Below, piece after piece: positions 11,963-22,345 of a stretch of 64,000 nucleotides of DNA. Where the stretch lies: NCBI GenBank assembly GCA_951406725.2, contig OX597822.1, positions 5,084,001-5,148,000 of the forward strand, in the 5' to 3' direction. Both the position numbers and the translations under genes were made by a program. The notes below the pieces were generated by a model. The model searched no databases. It was not told the DNA's origin and was given only the letters and a program-made list of their open reading frames with translations. The first letter of the stretch is position 1; each line of letters opens with the position of its first letter. The DNA is from Octopus vulgaris. Taxonomy: Eukaryota.

Positions 11963-12120
11963 ATATACATTATATATATATACATTATATATATACATTA
12001 TATATATACATTATATATATATATACATTTTATATATATATATATACATTATATATATATATATACATACACACACATACATACCTGTATACATATGCAC
12101 ATAGACACACACAAACACTC

Positions 12121-12154
<34 letters not shown>
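11700..12154. repeat. Compound (CA)/(TA)/(tacattata)n/(GA)n microsatellite
   Basis: Direct reading. It accounts for ORFs 11459-12313. Confidence 0.9.
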
Positions 12155-12158
<4 letters not shown>

Positions 12159-12307
12159 TGGGGTCCTAAAGAGACAGACATGAAGAGGAAAAATAGAGGA
12201 ATAGGCAAAATTAGGTAGAGATGCATAAAGAAAAATGAAGAGTAATTAGATAGAAAGATAGATAGGTAAATGGAAAGAAAGAGAGTGACGCAAGCAGAAA
12301 TAGAAGG

Positions 12308-12345
<38 letters not shown>

Positions 12346-12474
12346 TTTTGTTTGCATATATTTTTATATTATTATTATATGTATATAATATACATACATA
12401 TAAAAATATAGATCATACATCTATGTGTAAATGTGTAATAAATGCATGAATGTGTGTGTGTATATGCATATATA

Positions 12475-12529
<55 letters not shown>

Positions 12530-14438
12530 AAGCCATTCATATTGATCAGACTTTCCACTGTGACATTGCTTTTCTCATTTTCTCCCTCCTTTCCCTTATC
12601 AAAAGGAAATGGTGGAGGGTGAAGTGGAAAGCAAAAAAATTATCCAGCTCTTGTAGCCAGACAGACTGATGCCAGGAAATTTACCAAACTAGGAAATAAT
12701 TTACAGATGACCTGAATGATAGATCTACACCAATCAAAGATGATCAATTGATATTACACATCAAAAGCTTTGCTTAGAAAACAGACACAGCGCACACACA
12801 CACACACACACACACAAGATAGCACACTCTCACACACACACACACACATATATACAATCATACACACAGATATGTATGCAGATAACTGAGGTGGTTAATC
12901 CTGGATCTGTATGGATATAGCTTAAACAATAGGGATATATGTTTTTGTGTGTGTGTACACGTATATAGACACACATACATACCCATACACAAACATATAC
13001 TCCCTCATATGCATACATACACACACATACAATATATATATATATATATATAGATATTCACACACACATGCACACATGTGTGCGTACACATACACACACA
13101 CACGCATGCATGCACACATACACGTGCGTACAGACACACATACACACATATAATGAAGAACCGAAAGGGAAGTCGCCAAAATTCAATTCTTTTTCAAAAG
13201 TATGAGACATGTAGATGGCAATGTTTTTGGCATCAAAGATAAGAGATGAATAGAGTTTATTGATTTCATTATTTATCTCATTTCATTCTTTTTTTCCACA
13301 TTTTTTAATCCTTTGTTATTTCTTTTATTTAATATATATTTTTTTTTTGTCTTGCGTAAAAACAACTAGCCTCACCAAAAATGGAACAACACACAACCAA
13401 CAAAGACAAACCAAAATTCTTCACCACCAGCACCATCTCATAAACAATATGCAAAAGAAAAAAAAAGTTTTAAATTTCTTTTATTTTTTTCAGTGGGGAG
13501 TGGGGAGAGAAAAGAGAATGAACAATTTTTATTTGTTTGTATAGTTATTCTGAATGGCTGTAAGGGGGGAAAATAGTAAAAAGTAAACAAGAAAAATTTG
13601 GAAAAAAATATAAAAAAATAATAACAATAAATCTATCCTTTAGCTGTCTGCAGACAAGAAGAATAATAGTTTTGGTTTTGTATTAAGTCACAGAATAACA
13701 ACAATTTTTGTTGTTGTTATTCTTCTCTTAACATTTTATTTTATTATTTTTTTGTACTGAATGAAAGCATATGAAATAAAAAAAAAAGAAATCTTTATGG
13801 GATAGTTACAGCTAGATAATGATAATATTTGTAGTCATAGTAACTGATATAACAGCCAAACAAAAAAAAAAAAGAAAAAAATGATTAGAATAACAATGTA
13901 AAACAACTAACAATAATAACAATAAGGAATATTAATAATGATGATGATAACAATAATAATTTCTAGCAATGGTAAAAAGTCACAAATTTTGGAAGAAAGG
14001 AGGATTGATGCAATCAAGCCACAACACCAGCGTTTGACTGGTGTTTCTTTCAATTGACTCAGGTCTCAGGTAGGACGAAAGGCTAAATTAACTCCAGTCA
14101 GTTTTGAACACACAACATAAAGACAGCCACTTGAATTTTGTGAAGTATTATTTAGACCAGCACTCAGTTATTTAAGCCACATCAATGTCCTGACAATAAT
14201 GATAATGATAATTAATTGTTAAAGTACTGAGCCAACATTTCTAGGTTGATCGATGCTCACCTCCCAATCCGAAAGAATTTGAAACAAACACGTTTAACCC
14301 AGTCTTCATTTGTCATCATCAGTTTTTTTATCCACTTTATTTACAGAAACAACGAATATATTACAAGTCACATAAACATATAAAGAGAAAAATATTGTCA
14401 GATATTATTCTATTGACAGTCTTTTTCTCATATATGTA

Positions 14439-14470
<32 letters not shown>

Positions 14471-14471
<1 letters not shown>

Positions 14472-15715
14472 TAGGTAGTTTTGAAAATAATGGCTGCTCT
14501 AAATGTTGTGTTTTGAAACACAATTTTATCATAGTATTTTAATTATATTTTAGGTGAATTTCAACATACTTCATAACTGTTGTATGCTCTTTAATAATTT
14601 TCTACTTATTTCAGACAGAAAACATTCTTGAAGCATAGGCGCCCTTAATTGCTTACTTTTCTTGCATGAGTTCAAGCTTGGGCACAATGCCTCCCAAACC
14701 ACTGCCAACATCAACAGAGCATGAGGAGAGGGATCCACAAGTGATCGCACAGTACAAAGGTGGTTTCAGAAATTCTGTTGTGGTGATGAGAGCCTTGAAG
14801 ATGAAGAAGGCAAAGGATGGTCATGTAGTCTTGACAATGAACAATTGAAAGTAATTGTTGAACAAAATTCACATCAAAGTATCAGAGAAATGTCTCAGGC
14901 ACTTGGTGTTGGTATTGCAATGTTCTCACACAATCTGCAGAAGATTGGTAAGGCGAAAAAGCTCGATAAATGGGTACCGCATGAACTCAATGAAAATCAT
15001 AATGTTCAGCATTTTGAAGTTTGCTCAATGCTCTTTCTGCAAAACACCAATGATCCTTTTCTTGACAGAATAGTCACTTGTGACAAAAAGTGGATCCTTT
15101 ATGATAACCATAAATGATCGGGTAATGGCTTGATTGTGATGGGTCCCCCAAACATTTCCCAAAGCCAAAGTTGCATCAGCAAAAGATTATGGTGACTGTC
15201 TAGTTGTCTGCAATTGGTGTTGTTTATTACAGCTTTCTAGAAGCCAATCAGAGCATTACAGCAGAGGTTTACTGCAAGCAACTTGCTGAAATGCATACTC
15301 ACTTGCAAAAATGAGACCTGCATTGGTGAATCAGCATGACCCAATTCAGCTCCACAATAATGCAAAGCTACATGCTGCAAGAATGACACTGCAAAAACTC
15401 ACAAACTTGGGATATGCGACTTTACCACATCTTCCATATTCTCCTGATCTTTCACCCACTGACTACCATTTTTTAAAGTGTTTAAACACATTTTTAAGTG
15501 ATAAAACTTTCAGGTCCAAACCAGGGGTGGAATCAGCTTTCAAACATTTCTTAGTATCAAAGCCAATACCTTTTTATCAACGAGGCATAAATAAACTCGT
15601 TGATTGATGGCAGAGATGCATAGATGTTCTTAACTCATCAAAACATTTCTGGTGTTGATTTTTCCAGAATAAAATTATATTTCTGAAATCAGCCATTATT
15701 TTCGGAACAACCTAA
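14471..15715 (+). mobile_element. Full-length inactive mariner transposon (Hsmar1/cecropia-like), ~1.25 kb
   Basis: Left TIR ttaggtagttttgaaaataatggctg after TA at 14469-70. Right TIR cagccattattttcggaacaacctaa ends at 15715. Transposase remnant lies inside. Confidence 0.93.
14630..15630 (+). pseudogene. Mariner D,D34D transposase pseudogene with stops and frameshifts
   Basis: HEFKLGHNA...RWFQKF..GDESLEDE, KWVPHEL, IVTCDKKWILYDN, LHNNAKLH (second D lost), PHLPYSPDLSPTDYH. Confidence 0.93.
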
Positions 15716-16020
15716 AATATATATATATATATATATAGTGCCAGTGTCATATAGAAAGCACCCAGCAATAGAAACCAAGCCAAATCAGACTGGAACCTGG
15801 TATAGCTTTCCAGCTTGCCAGCATGGAAAACAGATGTTAAAGGATGATGATGATATATAGTTAAAATTATGATTATATTTGGGTATAAACCTTGTAGGAT
15901 GCCATGTAAAGTATGTCCACAGATATTGGCAGCCTGATGTCAACATCAGTAGTGATGCAAATGCTACTGGTTTTATTTCAGGAATTTCTTGCAGTTCATG
16001 TAGTTTATATAAATAGACGA

Positions 16021-16377
16021 GAGACAGAAAAACAAATTCATGAGATTCTTTACTCAAATCCACTGCAGTTGTTTTGACTCATCCTGTATCTCTAGCTCAC
16101 AGGTGAGATGCTGTACAATCAATTGTCTTGCATCACAGGTACAGGTAGGTTGTGTCTCCTTAGATGACTTTTTAACTAAGTACCTGGCTTGGCTGAAATG
16201 GATAGAAGAAAGAGCAAGATGCTTGTTTCAAAAGTCACCGGAAGAGATACAATCTGCACCTGTGATGCAAAACAATTCATTTTACAGCATCTCACCTGTG
16301 AGGTACAGATGCACGATGAGTTGAAACAACTGTAGTGAGTTTGAATAAAGAATCTCGTGAATTCTATTTACTGTCCC
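16021..16377. mobile_element. Fold-back element: ~150-bp inverted arms with ~57-bp spacer
   Basis: 16021-16172 is the reverse complement of 16230-16377 (about 85% by eye). The right arm has gatgagttgaaacaactgtagtg followed by aataaa. Confidence 0.85.
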
Positions 16378-16427
16378 TGAACTATATATCTATATAAATA
16401 TCTATCTATCTATCAATATATATATAT

Positions 16428-16640
16428 AACGGGAAGCTTTATGAAAATAAACAAAAGATGAAGGCAGGTGGAAAACAAACGAACAATTGTATTAGTATGG
16501 TGCTCAGGAATATAAATAAAACAAGTCTTTTACGTTTCGAGCCTACACTCTTCAACAGAAAGATACACAGAAAAGAAACACGGAGAGAAACAAGGAGAGA
16601 AAAAAAATGCGTGCAGAAGCTAGCTATTCAACAGAGCGAT
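16428..16640 (-). mobile_element. Solo PLE-type 3' end/pLTR fragment (same family as 18826-18977)
   Basis: Reverse complement matches 18826-18977. Carries a hammerhead motif, and the 3' end abuts (TA)n. Confidence 0.85.
16526..16563 (-). ncRNA. Minimal hammerhead ribozyme motif (CUGUUGA variant)
   Basis: Minus strand TCTTT-CTGTTGA-A-GAGT gtag GCTC-GAAA-CG-TA-AAAGA. Confidence 0.6.
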
Positions 16641-17069
16641 TCTATGCACATACACACACACACACACAAATATATCAAATGAGAGAGAGATTGTATCATC
16701 AGACAGTATATGTATTAACTAGGTACAGAAAAGAACAACCCTTTATTATTTATATATAAATTATATTATCAAACAGTGTATGTACTAACTAATAACAGAC
16801 AGAACCAGCCTTCAATGGAACTCGTATCTATCATCTCTCAGATGTCTGTGTTATCAACTTCTCTCTGTAAAATTAGGTATAGGTGTTTTACTTATGATAT
16901 ATATTAATACTTCAATACTTTTGTTGTTTAATTTTACAGAGAGAAACAGAATAGTTGCTATATGATCTAATTATTAATACAACGGCCTAGAACGTTACAA
17001 GGTCTGAGTTCTGCTGGATTGTGAGTTCTCTTTTCTGACCCAAATTGGTTCTTATAATGTCTTTATCGT

Positions 17070-17330
17070 CATCATCATCATCATCATCATTTTAACATAC
17101 ACTTTTCCATGCTTGCATGGGTAGGAGGGAGTTTACTGAGATGAATTTTCTACAGCTGAATGCCTTTCCTATCACCAACCCTTACCTGTTTCCAAGCAAG
17201 TTTGTATCTCCCCATGACCAAACATGTTTTCAAAGAATACTTGAAATGAATGACACTTGTTTACAACTATCATATCATGACAAGACAAAGAGATGCTCAC
17301 ATATACAAACTTACACATTACATACACACA
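17070..17330 (-). mobile_element. SINE/LINE-tail repeat ending in (GAT)n (related pieces at 1-100, ~53865-54130, ~62650-62830)
   Basis: (cat)n then cttttccatgcttgcatgggt...tgcctttcctatcaccaacc, the reverse complement of the (GAT)n-tailed family, plus a shared cccatgRccaRa motif. Confidence 0.6.
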
Positions 17331-17397
17331 CAAACACATGCCAGTGTATCATATATCGCAAAAGAAGCACAATCTAAAGCATAGAGCAGTAATACAT

Positions 17398-17610
17398 TTA
17401 TATGCAGTTAAGTATATGTCCCATGGACGACTTGTCAGACTTTGAAGCCGAAAACATATAAGGGACTGTAACTCCCAGCTAGAGTTGAAGGACCGTAACA
17501 GATTCCTACCCACCAGATTTGAAGAATTATATGCCTTCGGCTGACGAGCCATCCATGGGACTAAACCCTTTATGGATCTGAAACCAGGATATATACTTAA
17601 CTGCATGTAA
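17398..17610. mobile_element. Small nested fold-back element with hammerhead-like core
   Basis: Outer IR ttatatgcagttaagtatatgtcc / ggatatatacttaactgcatgtaa. Inner IR gtcccatggacgacttgtcag / ctgacgagccatccatgggac. CTGACGA...GAAAC at 17541-17584. Confidence 0.65.
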
Positions 17611-17618
17611 TGGAGATA

Positions 17619-17827
17619 AGGCAGCAAGATGGAAGAATCGCTAGAACACTGGACAAAATGCTTAGCAGCATTCTGTCCATCTTTACATCCGCAGGTCAAA
17701 TTCAGCTGAGGTCAGCTTTGCTCTTCATCCTTGGGTGGGTGGATAAAATGAGTAGTGGAGCAGTGGGGTCGAAGTAATTGCCTTACCCCAACCCTGGAAT
17801 TGCAGGCCTTGTGCCAAAATTTGAAAC
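17619..17827 (+). mobile_element. MetaSINE-like SINE copy
   Basis: aggcagcaagatggaagaatcg...gaggtcagctttgctcttcatcctt...ggccttgtgccaaaatttgaaac matches 7011-7421 and 59246-59460. Confidence 0.75.
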
Positions 17828-17893
17828 ATCTATCTATATATATATATATATATATATCTATATATGCCAGTGGCATATATATATATATATATA

Positions 17894-18173
17894 TGCCAGT
17901 GGCATGTAAAAAGCACCATCCGAATGTGGCCGATGCCAGCGCCGCCTTGACTGGCGTCCATACTGGTGGCATATAAAGAGCACCAACTGATCGTGGCCGT
18001 TGCCAGCCTCCTCTGGCACTGGTGCTGGTGGCACGTAAAAAGCACCCACTACACTCACGGAGTGGTTGGCGTTAGGAAGGGCATCCACCAGTAGAAACAC
18101 TGCCAGATCAAACCCCAGTTGAACCATCCAACCCATGCTAGCATGGAAAACAGATGTTAAACAATGATGATGA
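17894..18173 (+). mobile_element. (GAT)n-tailed SINE 3' portion
   Basis: aaagcacccactacactcacggagtggttggcgttaggaagggcatcca...acccatgctagcatggaaa...(gat)n is near-identical to 29575-29750. Confidence 0.8.
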
Positions 18174-18186
18174 TATGTATATATAT

Positions 18187-18810
18187 AAATAGTGCAATAC
18201 AAGAATATTGTTTTCCAGTAAAATAAAGCACCATATGGTTAAAGTATAAACATAAATATAGAATGGTGGTACAAGAATGTACCAATATCTACTGGAAATA
18301 AAAGTTGATAATATACGACGCTATAAAAAAGCTTCACTGTATATACTGGCAAAGACGTATGCAGGTGGCAAACATAAGAAATTTCATTTTACCTGTATGA
18401 AGAACATTAGATAAATGTCCAACTCTTGCATTGCACTATTTAAAATTTTTCTTTGAACTTTTTTCCCTGTTCTTGCTTCTGTTAGCAGCTAGGTGTTCAA
18501 GCGAGTATACTGGCATTGATGTGGCAACAATTGAAATTTTGTTCTGGTAAATCTAGCTGAAGGGAACTAATCAAGTTTATGCTAGCAAACATATCTTGAA
18601 GAGTTTGAAACCTAGGTCCTAGATTATCCACATCTGGGTTGGACATTTATCTGATGTTTTTCATACAGGTAAGACGAAATTTCTTATGTATGCCGTCTGC
18701 ATATGTCTTTCCCAGTATATACAGTGAAGCTTTATTATAGTATCATATATTATTAACTGCTATTTCCAATAAATATTGGTGCATTGTTATACCACCATTC
18801 TAAATTTCCA
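18187..18810. mobile_element. Nested fold-back element with 165-bp inverted arms enclosing a hammerhead ribozyme
   Basis: 18259-18423 is the reverse complement of 18638-18802. A second IR pairs 18187-18204 with 18424-18441 (17/18). TA repeats flank both sides. Confidence 0.88.
18550..18625 (+). ncRNA. Type I hammerhead ribozyme with extended helix II and palindromic helix III
   Basis: AATCTAG-CTGAAGG-GAACT aa TCAAG...CTTGA ag AGTTT-GAAA-CCTAGG-TC-CTAGATT. Helix I is 7 bp, helix III is the palindrome ACCTAGGT, the triplet is GUC. Deviations are A9>G and C11.1>U. Confidence 0.75.
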
Positions 18811-18825
18811 TATATATATATATAT

Positions 18826-18973
18826 GTTTCTTTTCTGTGTATCTTTCTGTTGAAGAGCGTAGGCTCGAAACGTAAAAGACTTGTTTTATTTATATTCCTG
18901 AGCAGCATACTAATACAATTGTTTGTTTGTACTCCACCTGCCTTCGTCTTTTGTTTATTTTCATAAAGCTTCC

Positions 18974-18977
<4 letters not shown>
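18826..18977 (+). mobile_element. Solo PLE-type 3' end/pLTR fragment inserted in (TA)n
   Basis: Matches 16428-16580 (reverse complement) and is related to 37760-37905. (TA)n lies on both sides. Confidence 0.85.
18842..18879 (+). ncRNA. Minimal hammerhead ribozyme motif (CUGUUGA variant), best-preserved copy
   Basis: TCTTT-CTGTTGA-A-GAGC gtag GCTC-GAAA-CG-TA-AAAGA. Perfect 5-bp helix I, 4-bp helix II, ACGU palindromic helix III, GUA triplet. Confidence 0.65.
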
Positions 18978-19009
<32 letters not shown>

Positions 19010-19022
19010 TTATTTATATATG

Positions 19023-19075
<53 letters not shown>

Positions 19076-19169
19076 ATATACATATATATACATATATACA
19101 CACACACATGCACACATGTACACACACACACATATATATACACACACACACATACAGATAGACAGACAC

Positions 19170-19308
19170 AATGGGCTTCTTTCAGATTGTGTCAACCAGA
19201 TCTAAGGCTATAGTGGAAGACACTTAACCAAGGTAACAGAGGCAGTGGAACTGAACCTGAAAACACATTTTGGGAAGCAACTGTCTTAACCATAGGGCCA
19301 TATCTGTA
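19170..19308 (-). mobile_element. Decayed SINE head (family of 54851-55262)
   Basis: gggcttctttcag...aggctatagtggaagacactt...cagtggaactgaacctgaaa matches 55100-55215. Confidence 0.7.
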
Positions 19309-21984
19309 TCTCATATCAATTATATTATATTTAAATCTCAACCATGAATTTAGAATTATTCATATGCTCAGGCCTGATCATGGTCTGAGCACAATTCTAG
19401 ACAGTATGTTGGACCCTCTCATACTGATGCCAGATGAGGAGGAGAAGATGATGACTATGATGACAAGCAAAAGCTACAAAGATAACAATGAGACAGTATG
19501 AAAATAGAATGGCCTATCCACAGGGCATTAAGCAAGCAACAGATTTATATCGGAAATATGTGATATTTATGTTAGTTTTAGACAGAGAGAGAGAAATAAT
19601 GAGTACCTTGTTTAATCAGTGTGATGGTTAACCAGGACGTGGTATTTACAAGGTTTGATTCTTGTCAGAAGGTGTTTTTTTTTCTTTCTTTTGTTTCAAA
19701 ATTGTGTTTATAATGTCATCTTAGTAATTAAATAATAGTTGTGTATATAAATATACGCACATGCATAAAATGCAAATATTAGGGTAACTCCAGAAAAATG
19801 TCAATCTAAGATCTCTCTACTTCGGTTTCAGCCATCCCAGCTACTCAGTATATTGATGTTCAAAATGTAAGGAAAACAATCAAATGTAGTCCCCTGTAGA
19901 TATGTCACAAACTTGACAGTGCATGTAGCAGGTATACTGTGTTGACTGTTTGGCAACAGTGACTGAATAGAATATATAATACATACATACACACACATAC
20001 ATACATATATATATCTATACACACACACACACACATTGGCATATCAACAAATAGGATGCCATGAGTGGCTGGGTGCTTTGTATTGAGCTCTCAATAAGGT
20101 AAAACAACTTTTAGTTGTCAGTCAGTTGTATTGGCAGTAAACTGTGTGTGTGTGTGCGTGTGTATATACATTCATACATTCATATAAATGGAAAAATGTA
20201 TTAAAAAAATGAAGTAAAATGCACTGAATATGAAAACGAATTGGTGGTCACCTTTTCAGTGTTGATGATAAAGTATCCTTCCCATGTGGTGAACTGAAAG
20301 AATTGTGAGAACATCAGACCACATACTTTCCAGTGTTTGTGCACTGAGTTCAAATCTTGTCATGGACTACTTGGATGGTAAGCATAATCTGTTGTTCTGT
20401 ATATAGGCACCAACTGGCGTTTTAAGTGCTTTTAGCAAAGTCTATTATTCTATTGGAAGCACTCAGACAAGATCTTCTCCGTCAAACCCACTCATCTTAG
20501 AAATCCTCTAAGGGGTCATGGACACTGCCTTTGCTCCCAGACAAAAATATTTAAAAAAAACAAACAAACAAAAAGGCAAAAACAAAAGTGAAAGGAGTTT
20601 CTCATCAAATGCAGGCAACACTGCATAAAAGGATTTTGACTAACACTTTTATGTAAAATTAGCATCAGAAGGCAGACACTAAACAGAAGCCCATTTATAA
20701 AATGGCTTTAATAGGAGTAAATGCATATACCTCAAAGCAGACTATGAAAAATTGCAGCAGATAGCCAGCAACCATAGAAAAAGAAAATACACAACAAATG
20801 TTAAACACCACACTTGCAAAATAGTTGTAAGCATATAACCTTTGGGAAAATGGTTACTGTTCTAAATCTAATATCCAGTACATAACCTCATTCTTTACTT
20901 CTGCCAATAATTTCAATGATTTGAACAAACCATAATAGTGATCACCATACTGGAGTATGTCACTTCTATACATTTAATTGGACTTTGGGTGGATTACTAT
21001 TCTGGTTGCTTTTTCTTACATAAGCATTTTGGAAATTCTTCAAATTTTATTCTTTCCCCCCTTTTTCTATTGAATGCTTCACTAATTTATTTAAAAATGC
21101 ATTCATATTCCATCAGGAAACTAACAAAGATATGAACAGTTAATTTTCTATATGTCCAAATGCTTTTTCTACAGCATCATCATGATCATCACCATCACCA
21201 TCATCATCATCCGCATCCTCACTAACAATATCATTAACAACTTCATCATCATAACTAACAGCATCATCATCAACTTCAAGTTCATTGTACAGAAATAAAT
21301 AAATAATAAGTACAATCTTACTTAGTGTTGTATTGATTTTTTCCCCTTTCCTTTTTATTTTGCTTCTATTGGTCACTTTTGTTTCTTGATACAATAATCT
21401 CTTGAAGCGCCAAATCTTGTTAAAAATATCTTCTCCGTCTAGAAGAATGATCTACAGCACTTTTTTTTTCAGCTTGCAATGCAAAACTAATTTGGTTGAA
21501 AGCAAGTGATGATGATGGTAATGCTGGTGGTGGTGACGATGGTTCTGATGATATCAATAACCCATTTAATTTATTTCATTTTTTTTTTGTATTTTGTTTA
21601 ATAATATATTTTTTATAAATGGGACAACTTTCAGTTAAGTATATCAGTAATACTCAAAGCTAAAAAAAGAGTAATTGTAATTTAAACTGACCAAATGAAA
21701 GATTCCCTTTCATCAGGTCCATTTATGGAAGAATGAAAATTTCTTAAGAAAATCCTTTTATTTTTGTTATATTTCTTACATCATTTATTTTAAGTGATTG
21801 AAGAAAGAAGCATTGTATGACATGCATGTGTATTTGTGTGTGCACATGTAAACGCTAAGCTATTTACTCCCCATTTTTACTTTAGATAATGTTTTCAAAA
21901 ATAGCATGTTATTGCTGAGATGTTAAATAAAATGGAAGAACTTCTCATAAGGTAAGGGTATGCAAAGGCTCAATTGCACAAAGT

Positions 21985-22345
21985 AGTCCTCTATACAGAG
22001 CTGAGACTTTGACAATGAAGAAGGAGCTAGAAAATCATTTTGGTGTTATGTACACCAGACTTCCTACTAAGACATAAAACATCTTATGGCATAAATACAT
22101 GACCAAAGAGGAGATTTATGGACACAGTTCACCCATTTCTATTAGCACTAAACATAGGGCAGGCTTTACTGGCCACTGCTATCATGCTGAATACTAACAA
22201 GCCATACCAGATGTTACATTTTGAAGATTTCTGCACCCCAGAGGACAAAGACCACTGGACAACATTGATGCTAATGGCAGAGAAATTAAATATGAAATTA
22301 AGGAGCTTCCAAAGCTAATGAAGGGTAGAGATTCATGATGTATTG
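21985..22345 (+). pseudogene. RTE-type LINE ORF C-terminal remnant
   Basis: LYRAETLTMKKELENHFGVMYTRL...NILWHKYMTKEEIYG..PIS...GFTGHCYH...RPLDNID...LMKGRD, resembling LYG.E.WT....E..LDG.YTR..NI.W..H.T..ELYG...FAGHC. Confidence 0.75.

Noticed and set aside
19812-19855. Minus-strand CTGAGTA...GAAACCGAAGTA hammerhead-like string
   Set aside because: G8 is missing and no helix I can form, so it is likely chance.
21140-21394. Acidic D-rich ORF
   Set aside because: It is the translation of a degenerate (CAT)n repeat with no splice or homology support.
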